A stretch of DNA of 64,000 bases from Eledone cirrhosa (GCA_964016885.1 OZ024743.1:294376001-294440000), one strand, 5' to 3'; positions 13,397 to 27,260 are shown, counted from the stretch's first letter. Numbers and translations: made by a program. The notes: a model not told the origin generated them from the letters alone.

Positions 13397-14457
13397 AAAC
13401 AGACCACATACACACACATGCAGACAGACACGCACACAAACACTTACACACACTCATATATATTTTACTAAATGAATGTATGTAGAAATATTTTAAGTAC
13501 TTGGATGAAACAGAATATATTTAGTTGATAGTGGCGTCGTAAGTTTTTATCATGCAAAATGTTAGACATTAAGCGTTACAATGTTGTCAGTGTTGCTGCT
13601 GTTTACCGCAAATCCAGCCTGATCAAGCAGAACTATCATCTAAAGCATTCTATCCATGAGTGGCCTGTCATTGGCTTTGTTTTTAAATACAAAATATAAT
13701 TAAGAATATATTATCCAAGATATCTCTCCTTTTGAAGAAGTTTGGTTGTGATTTGTGGAAGATTAGGCTGCTATTCCTAGCAATCCCAGCCACCACCGAG
13801 AAGCTTATTCTCTGGATTATTACAGTTGCACATGTGGATGTATTAAGAGTCGCGGAGCATTTCACAGCATATTGCGTTATCTTTGTCCATAATTGGTTTA
13901 TTGATTCCTGCTTTGATCTCTCTTTATGTTAGCTCAGCGTTCAGTTCAAACCAACGTATCTTTTTCATGACACAAAAAAGATCAATAAGAATAATTGATG
14001 TACACTTTTCACAGCATGTACCCTATTTTCTGATAAAATTCTGTATATAAATATAAAACAATGAAAACATAAAATTCAAAGAGACAGTATTGGTAATATC
14101 ACAAATAATGTTAGTTCAAACTAGCTCTGTTAACCCAAACATACTTTAGCTCTGTTTAACTACTAAATCTCTAAGACCCGCAAAGGAATACTGCTCCCAC
14201 GCCTGTATCAGTACAGCTGCTAAACACACCAATGTCATAGAACTTAACCAAAAGAAATGAAGGTCCGCTGAATAAAACGACTCACCCACTATTTAGCTCG
14301 GAGACGCGTTGTCTTCTTTATTATATTGTTACCAGAATAGTCTTAGTTACATCATAGCAAGCTATTCTGAGAAAAGCTTCAACTCACAGGAATCTACTCC
14401 ATGCTATGGTATCGTCAGGGGATGTCGACTGACAAGCGTACGCCTTCAGAGCCAATT

Positions 14458-15240
14458 GTACGAGTTTCCGGACTAGTTCTGTAGTGCACCAACTGATGGC
14501 AACACACAGTTGCGCGTGCAATAAGAGCTAGTAGTGATCTTCATGCGCCAGTGTGCCGAGTGACATTGCTCTGTTCCCTTCGCAAGTTGTGAAAATGTGC
14601 TTTTGTGATCACTTGTATGTGATTTTGTCATGGACAGGAAGTTGGAACAAAGAGCCAACGTGAAATGTTGCATTGAACTTGATATGTCTGCCACAGAGAC
14701 ATTCAGCATGCTTTGGCAAGCTTACAGCGTTGAAGTAATGGGTCGTACGCAATGTTTTGAGTGGTACGGGCGCTACACAAGCGGAAGAACGTCCATGGAA
14801 GATGACGAGCTATCTGGAAATGTGTAGAAAATTAATCAGGTTGTGTATGAAGATCGTCTGAGGACAACCAACGATATTACTGATGTTGTTGGTTCCTCAT
14901 ATGGATCTGGACAGGCAATCCTTAGAATTGAATACTTCACGACGTCAATTCAACCTGTCACTGAGTTCTCCTCACTCGTGAGTTTCTCACCAAAATCAAC
15001 ATTGTATCTCTTCCGTACCCACCCTATATGCCAGATTTAGCACCTGCAGACTTCCATCTCTTCTCCAACCTGAAAATGCAGCTCATAGGTTGCTGTTTTA
15101 ACACCGATGCCGGCATCCAGATCCAATCGCAGAAGGTCCTCGACAAGCAAATGGAAAACAATTTCCAGGATGGATTCCAAAGGTTAAGTGGCAAGAATGG
15201 TGAGACCGCTGTATTGCTGCGCAAGGTGACAAGGTAAAAC
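14458..15240 (+). mobile_element. Decayed mariner transposon with internal deletion
   Basis: EQRANVKCC..SATETF..AY..MGRTQCFEWY..GRTSMEDDELSG (N-terminal HTH region) and PDLAPADFHLFSNLK (YSPDLAPxD motif), broken by stops and frameshifts. Confidence 0.9.
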
Positions 15241-15324
15241 TGAGTGGTTATAAAGACATCAAAATGTATTGAAATGTCTCAATGTATTTTCTTTCTCTCC
15301 ATATCTCTTTTTTTCTCTGCCTAC

Positions 15325-15393
<69 letters not shown>

Positions 15394-16096
15394 ATGTGTG
15401 TATTTTTCTAGCTCTATATTTATTAATTTATATTAAACAGTGAGTCTTGTTACTCTAGAGTTTCGCCTGTTTATCACAGAGCCATCAGTATTGAGTACTC
15501 TTTTCTCTCAGCCGTCATCCGCATACGGATATATATCCGTATGCGGTTTGTAACCACATGGTCTCGGGTTACATCCCACAGTGTAGCCTATTAGGCAAGT
15601 TTCTACTGAACAAATTACAAATAGATCAATGATTGTGAGTGAAATTTTGTACACGGAAACTGCAGAAGCCATTTACATTTACCGTATCTCTTCTCACTTA
15701 CTCTATCTCTATTTCTATCCATATAGAAACAAGCACATGGACAATCCCCGCTCATCGGCTGTCCTCTGGGTATCAGACGGAGGATCCTATGGGCTGTTAT
15801 ACCGCACTAAATTCGTATCAGCAAGCTTATAGTTATAAGGTTAGTACTTTAAAACTCTACTTCAGAGATTTGATTCTGACTTAGTTTTTTTCTATTTAAT
15901 TGCTAACCTGTAGGTATTGTTCTTCATACAGTAACGGTTACACTCACATGTAATAATTTTTTACACACATCTCACTGTGTAACACACTTCTCTCTGTGTA
16001 ATATATTTGTATTTGAGCTCAGATGAAAATACTCTGTTCTTCTTCGAGCTAATATTATTATTTCTGTGAACTGCGGAATACTTTAATTACGATCTT

Positions 16097-16151
<55 letters not shown>

Positions 16152-16595
16152 TTATATATAATTATATATATATATATACACACATATATATATATACATA
16201 TACAGTAAATATTAGCGAAGGCCATATGAAGTTTTGCATACATGTATTTAGCTATTATACATATTTCTGTAGGGTCAATGATTAGGTCATGTAATCACCA
16301 CGTAACAATCGGCCTGAGTTCATCAAATACAATTTAGAGATAGAGACAAGTAGCTTCTGTAGTTTATAGATACGAAGGCAACTTCTATAATTGATTGTCT
16401 TTATCCTCAAATGCTATCTGGTGAGCTCGTTATGATTCCATAGCAATTATATCACCTAATCATCGACTCCCACAGAAATATGTATAATAGCTGAATACAT
16501 TCCTGCGCAACTTCATATGACATTTGCTATACTTTATGTATACTTGCACAACTCTAGTCATGTAACACCTTGTATAAATTATATATATATATATA

Positions 16596-19441
16596 CTAGC
16601 AGTTTAGCCCGGCGTTTCTCGGGTTTGTTCATTTGCTATGAAAAGTTACATACAGGTAAACGTGGCTTGAAAGGGAATAAGCTCATCAATTAAGTGCATA
16701 AAGCAGTTGAACCGGTTATTAAAAGTTACGAACCAATTAGCATTTTGGACAATCAATGATGGGTTAATAATCTTCCAATAGCGAATTTAGCAGACCAAAG
16801 TTACAAGATGGTGGCCCTGATGCCACTGGGTGTCAGATCTGTCTGCCATGGGTGACCCTACCGGAAATAGTTTTCCAGGCGGCATAGCTCCAACACCTCC
16901 AACACCTGCACCAACATCTATAGCACCTCTTTGTAGACGATATTGCGTGTCATCCCTTGAGGAGTGTAAGCAAAAAGTCCATTCCTGCTCCCTACGCGAG
17001 AACAGGCAACATAAAGTTGGCTATGGGAGAAGCATGGCTCCCCCAAATGGATGCCCGCCACCGACAATGTTTTCCCTTGTGACTTGTTAATGGATATGGC
17101 AAAACATGGTCTCACCGGGAATTGGGATCGCCGGAAATCGAACGGTATATCTGACGCCGAGAGGAAAAGGTTCAACCTTGGAATGAAAATATTCTCCCCT
17201 CTCCCGCCCCCCGTTACAATGGTGGCCTCAATCAAGTGGGGCGCCAGTGACTTGACGACCATGCGAGTACCGTTGCACTGCTTTGGTGGACGCAAGTTCC
17301 TTATTAGCATAATGGGACAGCCAACCATAAGCTTAAGAATGTAAGGTGGGAGCCCTGGGGGCTCAAGGGAATCTAATAACTCAACCAGATAATTAACGAT
17401 ATCGTCGGGGTCCGACTCCCGGTCAATAGATTTGAAAATGTGCTCTTTACCGGGAATCTTCTTAATCAGCTGCTCGTTAATAAAATTAAACATGGTATTT
17501 TTCGGAGCAAGGATTTTTCTTTCGCTGAGCCTGTCGAGGTTTTTAAAGTTAGATGAGACATTAGGAAAAACTGCTTCCCAAAGGGCAGCAGGGCTGCTCA
17601 TAATGTTGCACAGACAGTTGATTGCTATGCCGCCCTTGTCATCCGCAGGGACCTTACCCTCACCAAGTGCTAAAATGTTCTGAGCAAATGCTACAGACAT
17701 GATGTCACCAAGCAAATGAGCACGCATATTTGTGCTCAGGTACAAACTCTTCATCTGGGGCAACAACGTGGACGATTTAAGGCAGGCACATACTTCATCA
17801 GCTCTTGTCCTTTTGGGGATGACAGGCAGCATTTGCGAAAATCCCCTGATAGCAGAAGGGTTACGCCACCCATAGGAGCCGTAGAATCCCTAATGTCTTC
17901 TAGGGTCCTGTCCATTGCCTCAAGGGCACTCTTGTGTGCCATTGTGCACTCATCCCAGCCAATGAGGCAACATGTTTTTAGAACCAGAGCTTCGTGTCAG
18001 CTATTGCTGATATTGCATGCTGGCGTCTCAGTTTTTAATAAATCCAAGGGGAGCTTAAAGGTTGAAAGTGTTGTCTTGCCTCCCCGCAGCAAAGTAGCAG
18101 CGATCCCGGACGATGCAACGGCCAACGCAAATTTTTTCTCCTGACGAATCTTAGCGAGAATCAATTTCGTTACAACAGTTTTTCCAGTAACCCCAGGAGC
18201 ATCAGGAAAGTAAATACCCCCAGTCTGATTTTGAACCGCGTCAATGATAGTTAAATAGGCCAACCTTTGGTCCGACAGAAGTTTGGAATTGTTTTCCTCT
18301 AAGTATTGGGAAAGAGATTCGATATCTTATGCTGTTTCCCGCAACAAATCCGGGGCCAACGTGTTAGTTTCCTCTCTGACTGTTGACGGCAGGCCATACG
18401 TCGCAAACTCACTCCCACCCATGTCGAGGAGGGCGTCCTCGATATCAATGTGTGCCCTGTTGTAGATAATGTCGAGTAACCAACTTCCACTGAAGGATAC
18501 TGGAGATGAGCCAGGCGCAGGAAGTCTTCAGGTATGAAGTCTCCGTACTTGACCCATACAGATTTGGGATCACCCAATTCACACTTTTGAAGCAAAATGG
18601 CAAAGAGTTCTCGTAGACTTTTAGCTGATTTAAACAAATAACCCTCTACTAAAGTGGAATCCCATTGCGTGCATATATATATATTTAAAGTCACAAAACA
18701 CTGGAGATATTAGACTTTATATGAAAAGAAAAAAAACATTAACACACACTCACCTAATCAGTGTATTCGGCAGAATTCCCAGAACTACAACACTATGGGT
18801 GTTGTCATATTAATATTTAAACAATTAAAGTCGTAAAAAATAAATAATTTAAACATTCCGATTCATATGTCTATAGCATTAATCTGTTATATGAAGTGAT
18901 ATTTTGCGGGTTGTTATTTGCAATAAGCCGATTTAAAATGCCCCAGAAAAGCCGTATGTCAATACGGAACTCCAATGACTCCCCCAGCAGTTAAATTATA
19001 GAGAGGGGGAATAACCTATCATAGAGAGAGAGAGAGAGAAGAGCGATGGAGAGAGTAAAGCTAAGAAACTATAGGGAGGTGTGTAAAACAGTGTTGTCAT
19101 ATAGTGAGTGAAGAGCGACAGAGAGAGTAAAGCTAAGAAACTACAGGGAGGTGGGTTAAACCTGAAAGCATGAAGAGAGTAAAGCAGTTAAAATATAGAA
19201 AGGGGGGATTGATCTATTATAGAGAGAGGGAAGATCGACGGAGAGAGTAAAGCTAAGAAACTATAGGGAGGTGTTAAACCTCAAAGCATGATCGATTTTT
19301 GCCCTTATTGTTAATTGATTTGAAATTATTTTGCTTCATAACCTTCTCCTGACCAAAAGCAATAATTGTCCCGACTTTGAATAGAATCCCTTGGAAATTG
19401 TGGACGTGCATACGTTGCAAACCTTAACACACACATCCTCA

Positions 19442-19450
<9 letters not shown>
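16596..19450 (-). mobile_element. Decayed Helitron
   Basis: The minus-strand 3' end reads cccgagaaacgccggg (hairpin) then ..ctgCTAG|t at 16596. PIF1-like helicase fragments lie inside. The putative 5' end (tatataaaagtgaggatgtgtg) merges into a TA tract. Confidence 0.88.
16918..18670 (-). pseudogene. Helitron RepHel PIF1-family helicase fragments (frameshifted)
   Basis: DAPGVTGKT (Walker A), AVASSGIAATLL.GG.T..STFKLP, LLSGDFR, LSTNMR, ILAPKN, MLIRNL..QCNGTR, FPVRPCFAISINKSQG, FSHSQLYVACSRV, spread over several frames. Confidence 0.92.
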
Positions 19451-19499
<49 letters not shown>

Positions 19500-19502
<3 letters not shown>

Positions 19503-20289
19503 AATGGCGAGCTGCGTTGTTGCACATAGGTTACATATGAATAAAATTAGTCCTTCATCAGTGATCTTCAAACCTTCATTGGTATTTCATATACCTCTGG
19601 TTGGTGCGAGCAATAACTAAAGAAAGTTATTGGGACACGTAAAATAGGGTGAAGCGAGCGAGTCATGTAAACAAACATAGATGGTAATGCAACGGAAAGA
19701 GAGGAAGAGAAGAGACAAGTCCCTGATATCTATGAACTTAAGCTCGGCGAAATCATAGACGAAAGGTAAAGACCATCCGACCTGGGCGAGATGTGAGCGA
19801 GAAAAGGATTTCACACAAGTCAAACAGGAGGAAGTGAGAGAGGAGAAGAAGCAGAGAGTGAGTGAGTGAAAGGGCGAGGAAGAGGCCAGCTGAGAGAGAG
19901 TGACTGGCAACACGTCTGGTTGGTACGAGTAATAACGGAAAAAAACTTATTAGGACACGTAAATTAGGGTGAAGCGAGCGAGACATGTAAACAAACGGAG
20001 ATGGTAATGCAACGGAAAGATAGGAAGAGAAGAGACAAGTCCGTGATATCTATGAAACTTAAGCTCGGTGAAATCATAGACCAGATGTAAAGAGCATCCG
20101 ACCTGAGTGAGATGTGAGCGAGAAAAGGATTTCACACAGGTCAAACGGGAGGAAGTGAGAGAGGGAGAGAAAGCAGAGATTGAGTGAGTGAAAGTATGAA
20201 GAAGAGGCCAGCTGAGAGAGAGTGACTGGCAGAGGGGGTAAAAGAAGGTGAGAGATACAGAGAAAGGGGAAGCAGTAAGAAAGAAACAG

Positions 20290-20328
<39 letters not shown>

Positions 20329-20660
20329 TATATAAATATATGAAAAATGGCGGGCTGCGTGGATGCACATGGGTTACATATGAATAAAATTAGTCCTTCA
20401 TCAGTGATCTTCCAGCCTCCATTGGTATTTCTTCGCTTTAAAGATCATATACCTCTGGTTGGTGCGACAATAACTAAAGAAAGTTATTGGGACAGGTAAA
20501 ATAGGATGAAGCGAGCGAGACATGTAAACAAACATAGATGGTAATGCAACGGAAAGAGAGGAAGAGAAGAGACAAGTCCCTGATATCTATGAAACTTAAG
20601 CTCGGTAAAATCATAGACGAGAGGTAAAGACCATCCGACCTGGACGAGATGTGAGCGACA
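19500..20660 (-). repeat. Tandem/partial ~320-bp units of a pLTR-like element carrying the rearranged hammerhead
   Basis: The block gggacacgtaaaatagggtgaagcgagcgag..gatgtgagcga recurs at about 19630, 19950 and 20490. Diverged relatives lie at 45180-45435 and 53965-54135. Confidence 0.8.
20390..20477 (-). ncRNA. Rearranged hammerhead-like motif (internally deleted copy at 19547-19620)
   Basis: ttagttattg-tcgca-ccaacc-aga-ggta-TA-tgatctt-taaa-gcgaa-GAAA-tacc-aatgga-ggctgg-aagatca-CTGATGA-aggactaa. Confidence 0.65.
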
Positions 20661-20861
20661 GATATAAATATATATATATATATTGTTATACTTTGGGAGG
20701 GTCATGTTGCCAATAAGAAAGACACGCACCGGTTGCTTTCACTCCAATTTATTATAAATTAAATTTATAAATTTAAGAAACATGACCCTCCCAAAGTATA
20801 ACAATATCGGTTTCAACACACGTTTTCAGATAAAGAATCTTGCTAAACAAATTCAGAAACG

Positions 20862-20932
<71 letters not shown>

Positions 20933-21446
20933 CACGCACACATTCCCTTATACACTCACACGTACACATACATATGTATATAATTGTTATTAAGGTCGTT
21001 ATTAAGGATTGTTTCTTTGTTTTTGTATTGTGCCAGACGAAATTTGGTTACAATCTATTAACTCAACCATGATCAAACTATTAGCCTCTATTATGGTATT
21101 ACCTAATTATTCTGGAGACCATTAATAATTAACTTTTATATGCAAAATATATCAACACACACATATACACACATACACCCAATATCTTTAAAACCCCGAC
21201 CGTTACCACACACGCTTGTATATTCACCCCTAGATTCGTATGGATTTCTTATGGTTAGAAACATATACTCTTACAACTAATACAGACAAACAACATACGT
21301 ACATTCCACTTTTCTCTTCACAGCCTATATGCACACATACCCTTATATTAACATAGTTTTACGCATAGCTTCGTACTTACAAGCACACACACACTCTTTT
21401 ACTTACATATACACACATATATCTCCTTACCTTCGCACGGACATAT

Positions 21447-21520
<74 letters not shown>

Positions 21521-21624
21521 GTACACAAGTATAGGTCTTTATACAAAACGTTTCATTTTTTTTTCATTTCATTAGACGCGCTCCATCATCCACTTTTCTA
21601 AAAAAAATATTTCATACACAACAC

Positions 21625-22366
21625 GAAATTTGCTGAAATTTTATGAATAGGCATCATATCTTGTCATTTACCTATGGTTTAAATTTGATATAAATCGAAG
21701 GGAAAACATTTTCGGCGGGGTTTGTGAAACCGGGGAATCCTAATAGGGGGTTTAACCGCCATTAGGGTGTCTTAATATTATTGAAATTTGCCTAAATGTT
21801 ATGAATAGGCATCATATATTGTCATTTACCCATGGTTTAAATCTCATATAAATCGAAGGGGAAACATTTTCGGCGGGGGTTTGTGCCTCCGGGGAACCCT
21901 AATAGGGGGTTTAACCCCAATGAGGGTGTCTTAATATTATTGAAATTTGCCTAAATGTTATGAATAGGCATCATATGTTGTCATTTACCTATGGTTGAAA
22001 TTTCATATAAATCGAAGGGAAAACATTTTCGGCGGGGGTTTGTGCCACCGGGGACCCCTAATAGCGGGTTTAACCCCCATTAGGGTGTTTTAATATTATT
22101 GAAATTTGCTGAAATGTTATGAATAGGCATCATGTCTTGTCATTTACCTATGGTTTAAATTTAATATAAATCGAAGGGAAAAAACTTCAGCGGGGGTTTT
22201 CAGCGGGGTTCTTGTGCCCCCGGGAAACACTTTGATTAAAATGAAATATACTTATCCAAGTACCCTGGGCAATGTGGTTTCAGAATATATATGGTTATGG
22301 GGGCCTATCTTCAAAACCATAAGAGTAGTTCTTGAACAAACAAACAAACAAACAGAAAAGAATACA

Positions 22367-22372
<6 letters not shown>
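21625..22372 (-). mobile_element. Non-autonomous Helitron/HINE-like element with ~3.8 tandem 159-bp units
   Basis: Unit starts gaaatttgc at 21625, 21783, 21942 and 22101. The minus-strand end tatataaagttgtattc..(gttt)n resembles non-autonomous Helitron 5' ends. The tandem is clear; the classification is inferred. Confidence 0.6.
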
Positions 22373-22429
<57 letters not shown>

Positions 22430-22432
<3 letters not shown>

Positions 22433-23122
22433 ACAATCAGAATTTAGCTTCGAACATATCTGTATACAAATATGAATTTTGAATTTTGTAATTCTAAAGA
22501 AATACGGTATGTTTATAAATAAACATTTAGAAAGCCATAGCTATGAAAACCACTGGCAGCCAACACCATCCAGCGGTGTCCTGCAGAAGCAAGGGGGACA
22601 ATCGTTGATGAATTTCTAACGCAACTGGTACTCGTCAGAACGGTCTCTCTCGCTCTTGCAACCACAAGACGAAACTATATAGTTTTTTCAAACCGCAAGA
22701 CGAAATTATATCGTATTTTCAAACAGACGAAACTATATAGTTTTTTCTTCTGTGTAGTATATCTTTAGAAATACGAAATTTAAATACATATTTGTATACA
22801 GCTATGTTCAAAGCTAAATTCTGATTCTATTCAATAATAAGTTGAGCCAACTTATACAGCTTCATATGCAAATGGTATTAATCACCTCATTTGCACAGAC
22901 GAAAAATACTATATATTTCTGCCTGTTTTCAAAGTCCAGCGGTTGCAAGAGTGGGAGAGATTATCCTGATGTGAACCAGTTAAGTTAGAAATGCATCGAT
23001 GATTGTCCCCCTTGCTTCTACCGGACACCGCCTGGTGGCGTTGGCTGCCAGTGTTTTTCACAGCTATGGATTTCTAAATGTTTATTTATAAACATACCGT
23101 ATTTCTTTAGAAACACGAAATT

Positions 23123-23127
<5 letters not shown>
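22430..23127. repeat. Nested inverted repeats with degenerate hammerheads (22601-22644 -, 22960-23003 +)
   Basis: About 22478-22663 pairs with about 22941-23127, and about 22435-22500 with about 22762-22826. Motifs: attatc-CTGATGT..GAAA-tgca-TC-gatgat and cgtt-CTGACGA..GAAA-ttca-TC-aacg. Confidence 0.7.
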
Positions 23128-23160
<33 letters not shown>

Positions 23161-23164
<4 letters not shown>

Positions 23165-23353
23165 AACGAGTAGGACCCCGACGGCTGAGCTCAAGCCGTT
23201 TCGACGGCTAATTCAGTCCAGAATTAGCCGTCGAAACGGCTTGAGCTCAGCCGTCGGGGTCCTACTCGTTCCTATTACCCACTCTACTACCCTAAGTATT
23301 GAGTACTTTGGTGCGTTATGGTCCATCTGGTTCCTTACCACATTTCCTTCGTT
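23161..23353 (+). mobile_element. Short (TA)n-embedded fold-back element containing the 3' half of a hammerhead
   Basis: Perfect 54-bp arms at 23161-23214 and 23221-23274, containing GAAA-cggc..gccg-TC. Other copies: 24981-25149, 44935-45140, 52801-53013, 53143-53324; partial copies 9687-9776 and 57858-57949. Confidence 0.8.
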
Positions 23354-23814
23354 ATATATATATATATATATATAAATAATAAATAAATAGATAAATAATA
23401 ATAAATAAAGAAATAAATAATAAATAAATATTGAACACAATTTTGATAATTGTATAATTTATTTATTTTCCTGCCCTGTAAACAACTGATGTTCTAACAT
23501 TGAACTATTTCTCTTACTGGTAATAAGCTAATTAAGAAATTACTGACCTTCCTGTTTATAGTTGTTTATACTATATACATAACTATAAATAGTATTATTA
23601 TTATATATATATATATATACATATGTGTTGGTGTCTTTGTATGTTCATGTCTGCATTTACTTTCACGGTTTTGTTCATGTAGCATATAATGTAGCATACA
23701 TGGCAATAAACAAATAAAGATCGCTAAATAAGTATCATACTTGAAAAAATAACACTGGTGTAAATATTATCCACTAAATCCGTTCTAATATCTGAAACCA
23801 ATAAAGAATTATTT

Positions 23815-24022
23815 CTACTATAGGCACAAGACCAGCAATTTATTTTGTGGGGAGAGGAAAGACGATTAAATTGACCCCAGTGCATTACTCATGCTTTGTT
23901 TTAATCAAACTCGTAAGGGGGAAAGGCAAATCTAACATCGGTGGGATTTGAACTCTGATCGTAAGGGGGCTTAACTCTATAATGCAAAGCATGGTGCCCG
24001 ACGCTCTACCGATACTGCAAAT
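23815..24022 (-). mobile_element. tRNA-derived SINE (diverged)
   Basis: ggatttgaactc..aagcatggtgcccgacgctctaccgatactgc matches the family. Confidence 0.75.
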
Positions 24023-24397
24023 CAGTAAAGGATAAAAATATAAAAGAATGAAACTCGCCAAATCCATGAAGCTGCAGTTTCCTGTAGAAGAGCTCAATTC
24101 TGAGGTTTCGGCTATGATCATTCTTCGAATGTCTGTCACGGTATTCTTCAAATTGAAAATATTATTTGAATAACTGAACTTCGTTTGGTAGAATCACTCT
24201 CCATCCACCCAGCTTTCCACAAGTAGAATCACACACACATACACGTAACCAAACGCAAATTTGTATATTCGAATATATTTGTGAATTCCTAAGTGTGCAT
24301 ACTCTTTTACTCTTTTACCTGTTCCAGCCATCCGGCTGAGGCCATGCTGGGGCAACGCCCTTGGATGTTAATTACTATTTAGCTAGTTGTAAACCAA

Positions 24398-24442
<45 letters not shown>

Positions 24443-24927
24443 GTAGTCGCACGCGTACAAACACACACACACACATACACACACACATATATATATATAA
24501 ATATGTAGATATATATATATATATGCATTAATCATCGCGCATACACAATCAGCCTGTTGATGACAGTATTAAAAGCATTCTATTTGTACAGCTATACTGT
24601 CGTTGGCATCCTACAGAGATTTAAATAAGGAAATATTTACATGAAGGAAGAAACTAACACGCTATATAGTATGACGGTGTAAGGATACATGGTATATGAA
24701 ATGAAAATGAGAGGTAGATGGTGTGAGAAAAAATTGAATATCATATGTAAATATGGTTATGTTAGATATATAGGAAAGCAGATGAATAGAATGACACACA
24801 CATATGAACAAACATCTTTCTCTCTCTCTCTCTATATATATATATATGTATATATATATAGAAGATCCCGTTAAGGGTGAAAGCAGCGATTCTTTGCTTA
24901 AACTTTAATCTGTTATTTTAATAAATT

Positions 24928-24965
<38 letters not shown>

Positions 24966-25148
24966 CACACATATATATATCGAAGGAAGTGTGGTGAGTA
25001 ACCAGATGGACCATAACGCACCAGAGTACTCAATACCTAGGGTAGTAGAGTTGCTAATAGGAAAATGGTCAAGACCCCGATGGTAGAGCTCCAGCCGTCT
25101 CGACGTCGAAACGGCTTGAGCTCTGCCGTCGGTGTCTTGACCATTTTC

Positions 25149-25263
<115 letters not shown>

Positions 25264-25270
25264 GGAAATG

Positions 25271-25320
25271 GCTTCTACAGGACTAGAACTGTTTCATTCG
25301 GGAGAAATCATCAGGAAAGC
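25271..25320 (-). ncRNA. Type I hammerhead ribozyme
   Basis: gctttc-CTGATGA-tttc tccc gaat-GAAA-cag ttctagtc ctg-TA-gaagc. A scrambled relative lies near 13090-13175. Confidence 0.7.
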
Positions 25321-25499
25321 TGACTGCCAATATAATATGGTGGTATTTATACATTTTCTGGTGGTAGGAGAGTGTGGTGATCGGGATAGGTGGAGGTCAT
25401 TGGCTGTTGGATTTAATGAAAAGGGATTCTTTACATCCATCATCCAATAAGTTCTCTGCCTCCTCTTTTTCATGGTACATACAAACTGTCACTTTTTTT

Positions 25500-25720
25500 A
25501 TGAAGTACCCCACATCTAGCCAATATCGTTTTTGTCTCTCGGTCTAAGCTATTTAGATACGCTACTGCCTAAATGATTATTCATTCTACGTAGCTAAAGA
25601 GTGAGATCGCCCATGTGTTGATAGCTTCAATCGTATTCTGTCCATTCAATTTTGACTTGAGGATAAGGTACAGTTTGCGCAAGTATTCAAACTTAAATGT
25701 TTTTTTCTTTTCATTTCCTC
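25500..25720 (-). pseudogene. Non-LTR retrotransposon (R4/Dong-like) RT C-terminal fragment
   Basis: YLRKLYLILKSKLNGQNTIEAINTWAISLFSY resembles the post-RT thumb segment of such LINEs. Confidence 0.5.
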
Positions 25721-25858
25721 CTTCATTATTTTGACATTTGTCACACACAAAGACAACCATAATCTGACATGGTTTTCCCCAAATGGAAGACACTGCAGCC
25801 TGATTGAACACCTGATCATAACAGTTACCTGGAGAATATCATTACTTGATGTCGATAA

Positions 25859-27130
25859 CACCGTGTAACACGATTTTTGTCCATGAGTAGCAGCTATTAT
25901 TTTTATTTGCTTTTGCCTAAAATGTATGGAAAATGTCTAATATTTTCTCAAATCTTTACTTTAATGGCTATGATAATGATATTCCTAGATGTACCTAATC
26001 CAATGGGAAAACTGCCAAATGTGAACATTCTCGTTCAAACAAAGTTGGAATAAAATGAGATATGATTCAAAAAGTAGCATTTATCTAGGATTATACAAAA
26101 AAACTTATAAGTGAGTGGGTTTTGGGGATTTACGCTTAAGCTGCAAACGGTTTTTACGAATCAGCCCCCATATATAGTCTCCCTTCATGTTTTCATTATA
26201 TGATACTTGGCTGCGGCGTTCAAAGCCAAGTATATCCTGGTGGAAGCGCTAGTCTTGTTCTTCAGAGTATTCTCCCATGTTCCCCTGAATTTATCAGAAT
26301 GAGCTTCAAATATATGTACTTTCAGAGACATCCTGCAACCCATTTTGCCGAAGTTCTTCACCAGTGTATCAACAAACTCCACATAATTTTCGGCCTTGTG
26401 ATTCCCAAGGAGGCTCCGGACCATTGCAACAAACTGTTCCGCCCTACCTCCTCTGTCTAAGTGAGCATCTTGGGGAATTCCTTGCACTCCATGAACTTCC
26501 TTATTTGTTGTCCGACGAAGACACCGGCTTTCCGTTTTGCCTCAAACAGCTTAGGAAAGAAGTCTCGAAGGTACATGAAGGCTTTCGACTCCTTATCGAT
26601 GCCCAATTTTAAGTGAACTGGTGGGAACAATACCTTTCAGGGATCAACCTGTGGCTGTCCAAGTCACAAAAGTAAAGTTAAAGGGAAATAATAGTCTTTT
26701 CCTGTGTTTTCTAGGCAGAAGAAAGCAGGAAATTGTAAGCACTTATTGACCAAAGACAAAAAAGTAAAACTTTTGTTACATAGTATGATTTGTGCTCCTC
26801 CTTCTCTCCGGTTGTTTTGGTTTCGTTTTATTCACTCCATCCCATCAGCCTCTCGCACATTAATAGCAATGAAGAGACCTTTGAAACAGTGGAATTTAAC
26901 TGATAAACAACACGCGGATTTCTGCTAGATTGGTCATGGCTTCACAGAAACCTAGGCTGAACAATCTCGCTGTCTACGGAGCCATCGAAAGAAAAGGGAA
27001 TTATTTTGTTATTAATGACAAGCTTAAATACATAGGTACGTACTTAAATACGTACCTATCTACCTTTTACGAAGAAATAAAAATTGATATATCATGCAAT
27101 CTTTAAAAAATTACTGGATGAATACTGATA
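25859..27130 (-). mobile_element. Decayed Chapaev3-like DNA transposon
   Basis: Fragments LFPPVHLKLG, GVFVGQQIRK, LLGNHKAENY..GCRMSLKVH..H, EEQD.RFHQDI. A CAC-starting terminus-like caccgtgtaaca is at 25859. Boundaries are approximate. Confidence 0.65.
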
Positions 27131-27169
27131 TATAATAAAAATAAATCTGGATAAAATATCCTTAACTTG

Positions 27170-27260
<91 letters not shown>

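Noticed and set aside
15440-15500. Hammerhead-like CTGATGG..GAAA-ctctagag-TA on the minus strand
   Set aside because: A9 is mutated and stem I does not pair next to the core; decayed at best.
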